From Dudresnaya verticillata (lineage: Eukaryota): DNA of 64,000 nucleotides. The first letter of the stretch is position 1. Each line of letters begins with the position of its first letter. A program made the position numbers and the translations under genes. The notes beneath the pieces were generated by a model. The model did no database searches. It saw only the letters and a program-made list of their open reading frames with translations, and was not told the DNA's origin. Of this stretch, positions 61,704 to 64,000 are shown one piece after another. The DNA is taken from the NCBI GenBank assembly GCA_977862235.1, contig OZ374565.1, forward strand, positions 2,542,001-2,606,000, in the 5' to 3' direction.

Positions 61704-64000
61704 TTCAACTTTATAACAGGTGACCATATTCTAATATTTGTCGACGTACAATCTACTGTAGTATCACAACAAAGTTAAACCCCAACTCAAAACAACCTGC
61801 ACATCTACACCTCCTGTTGGATCCCTTCCATCAGGCACTTGACGTTGTTCTGCACCAGTCGCGCCGCGTGCCTGTGGAACAGAGCCGCTCGCGAAACACC
61901 GCGAGTTACCATGGCCCGAGAAGCCACGGTATCCGCCAACTCTTGCATATACTTGTGCGCCTCCGGGTGCCAGCCACCTAGTGTGGTCATCGGCACCGGC
62001 ACAAGCCTTGCCCCCGGTCCGGCAGCCTGGATGAAGCCACGATAAGTCCGCACCTTGTCAGCGTGGGCGTTCTTCAGCGTCCCTTGCGGGTTTGTTATGC
62101 AGCTGAGAATGCGTTGTTCTGACGACAGTGGATGACTGATTGTGACGTCCAGGTAGTCCGTTCCTCCTTCTGTTCCAAGCGCCTTGATGTCCGGCCGATC
62201 CAAGTGAGCCCCCACCGGGCGGGGCTCCACAATCGGGGTGCGTGTCGCACGTTTCAGATCCGAAGCCAGCAGACGAACCTGAGAGTCGTGGCGCCACGAC
62301 CGAGGAGATCCGCTGTTCCGCATGCCGTTCGGACAAATCAGCAGATGGTCGCCGTGAACATCCATCATCTTCTTGCACCCGGCCCGAGGACACTCCGTGT
62401 CGGGTTCCAGCAGTGGAATCCGACAGTAGAATCGAAGCCATACGCGGTAGTCCCGATCCGCAATGTACGTCTTCATGCCTGGTGCCGGCTGGCACTTGAG
62501 CCAGTCCTTGGCGCCCGGCACGCCAAGGGAAGCTCGGAAAGCTTGCGTCCGCCTGTCCCCGAGCGGCAGCTCGGCTTGCACTTTCTTCAGAACCAACCGC
62601 GTCAAGTCCCGCTGGCGCGGGCACTCGTCGCTGTCGATCTTCTCCAGGTCCAGGGCATCCTCACTATGGCACTTGGCGCTCCAGTCTTCGTGCGCTTCTA
62701 CTGCAAAAGGATCGTCAGAAAGAGCAGTGTTCACAGAAGCGGGTAAGATAGAACGCAGTAAGTTGCGGGTCAGTGAAAGGGACGCCAAAAACGCGCTCGA
62801 GTTCATGTCGCCAGCTCCCGAAATACCGATTCCGAAGCTGGGCTCTTTCGTGCGCAGGGGAAGCTGAAGTTCGCGGAAGGTGTCCCTCGGTAGGACTCCT
62901 CCCACGAGCTTGCGCATGCAAGCCTCAATCTTCTGGTCGAAGAGCTCGGCGCCCTTCGCCGTGGCGGATGATGGAACTACTCGCAGCAGGTAGTTCAGCC
63001 GGCAGACTCCGGCACAGTTGCGGAGTAGAGTGATGGCCACGTGTAGGTCTTCTAGTCCCGAAATTGCGTCCAGCAGGGGCTGGATGGACTCGACATGGCC
63101 ATTCACGCTCTCCTCCATGTAGTTCTGCGTTCCAATCGGAGCCTGAAGTGCTGTAGTGCCTTCTCCGTAGCTCTGCCCAAGATCCGACGGGTAGGCAGCG
63201 CAGTCTTCTGGGTCGGGTGCAGTAGGCCACCAAACAGTACACTTGTCCATGCGCAGGTGGAAGCCATAGCCCTTAGCTTCCTCGGAGTCAAAGAAGGACA
63301 GAACCTTCCTGAGTACGGCGTGTTTCGCCACGATGACGCCGTCGTCCAGGTAGAACAGTGACAGCAGCAAGTTGTTCGCCCCCTCCGCTTGCTGATTGCG
63401 GCCCGAGCGCCGCAGGTCGGCGGTGAGTTCCTTCAACTGTTTGATCAGTGCCTGCAGCACCAAAGCAAACAGTAACGGCCCGAGCGGGTCACCTTGCTGT
63501 ACACCAGTGACACTCCGCAGTAGAGTGTCACCCATCCACAGGTGCGGGCCCTCAGAGTCATAACAGTATCTGACCCACGGTAGTAGTTCAGGCATATGTC
63601 GGCGGACCTCCTTCATGAATGCTTTGCGGCTGACAAGGTTGAAGGCATTCTTCAAGTCCACTTGTAGCAACCCGTAGGACTTGTCATGGCCGTGAGACTT
63701 CTGCAGCTTCCGGACCGCGTGTACAATGGCTTCTGTGCCGCCCGAGGTTGCGACCCCGAGCTGAAGCGGTTCGAGGTATGCCTTGGCCTTGGGAGCGACT
63801 CTGGTCATGAGCATAGAGCTCACGAGTCGTCGGATTGTCTCTCCTACAGCAATGGGGCGGACACCGCCGGTGCGCTTCTTCAGAGCCGTGAGAGGAGCGC
63901 TGGCAATCCAAGGCGACAGCTCCGCAGGTCCTGCGCCGCTGGCCAGCACGTTGACCATTTTGGTGAGCCCGCCAAGCAGGCCCGTGTGCTCGTGAGTGGT
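61704..64000 (-). mobile_element. Retrotransposon copy 14 (runs off the window edge)
   Basis: Precise 3' junction, RT-RLE coding sequence open to the window end. Confidence 0.93.
61805..64000 (-). CDS. RT-RLE retrotransposon protein, partial (copy 14)
   Basis: C-terminal ~730 codons visible. Confidence 0.9.
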   Translation of the reverse strand, partial: TTHEHTGLLGGLTKMVNVLASGAGPAELSPWIASAPLTALKKRTGGVRPIAVGETIRRLVSSMLMTRVAPKAKAYLEPLQLGVATSGGTEAIVHAVRKLQKSHGHDKSYGLLQVDLKNAFNLVSRKAFMKEVRRHMPELLPWVRYCYDSEGPHLWMGDTLLRSVTGVQQGDPLGPLLFALVLQALIKQLKELTADLRRSGRNQQAEGANNLLLSLFYLDDGVIVAKHAVLRKVLSFFDSEEAKGYGFHLRMDKCTVWWPTAPDPEDCAAYPSDLGQSYGEGTTALQAPIGTQNYMEESVNGHVESIQPLLDAISGLEDLHVAITLLRNCAGVCRLNYLLRVVPSSATAKGAELFDQKIEACMRKLVGGVLPRDTFRELQLPLRTKEPSFGIGISGAGDMNSSAFLASLSLTRNLLRSILPASVNTALSDDPFAVEAHEDWSAKCHSEDALDLEKIDSDECPRQRDLTRLVLKKVQAELPLGDRRTQAFRASLGVPGAKDWLKCQPAPGMKTYIADRDYRVWLRFYCRIPLLEPDTECPRAGCKKMMDVHGDHLLICPNGMRNSGSPRSWRHDSQVRLLASDLKRATRTPIVEPRPVGAHLDRPDIKALGTEGGTDYLDVTISHPLSSEQRILSCITNPQGTLKNAHADKVRTYRGFIQAAGPGARLVPVPMTTLGGWHPEAHKYMQELADTVASRAMVTRGVSRAALFHRHAARLVQNNVKCLMEGIQQEV

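Noticed and set aside
1001..64000. LTR element, CRISPR array, group II intron or retron interpretation
   Set aside because: No LTRs, integrase or repeat-spacer array; the RT-CCHC-RLE layout, target duplications and variable 5' ends fit a TPRT non-LTR element
1..64000. Whole array as an assembly artefact
   Set aside because: Copies carry distinct SNPs, deletions and mostly unique junctions, although exact copy number still needs long-read confirmation

Overview
Eukaryotic 5S rDNA tandem array (uninserted unit about 1.21 kb) in which all five 5S rRNA genes in the window are split at the same position, between nt 89 and 90 (…GTACTGAGGTGAG|GGATCACTC…). The insert is a ~4.64 kb single-ORF non-LTR retrotransposon (C2H2 zinc finger, RT, CCHC, restriction-like endonuclease; CRE-clade-like) lying antisense to the 5S gene. 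There are 14 copies stacked head-to-tail as 1, 3, 7, 2 and at least 1 per 5S gene, filling roughly 90% of the window. Eleven carry an intact 1162-aa ORF, one lacks its 5' half, one has an in-frame deletion of the RT, and one is cut by the window edge. The 3' junctions are base-precise with no poly(A), while the 5' junctions carry ~10-14 bp target duplications plus scrambled target-derived filler. The element's 5' UTR contains a copy of the 5S internal control region: the box A-region 10-mer and the box C-region 14-mer at exactly the host 22-nt spacing, with unrelated sequence between. From memory the 5S sequence resembles red-algal 5S rRNAs, which is unverified.
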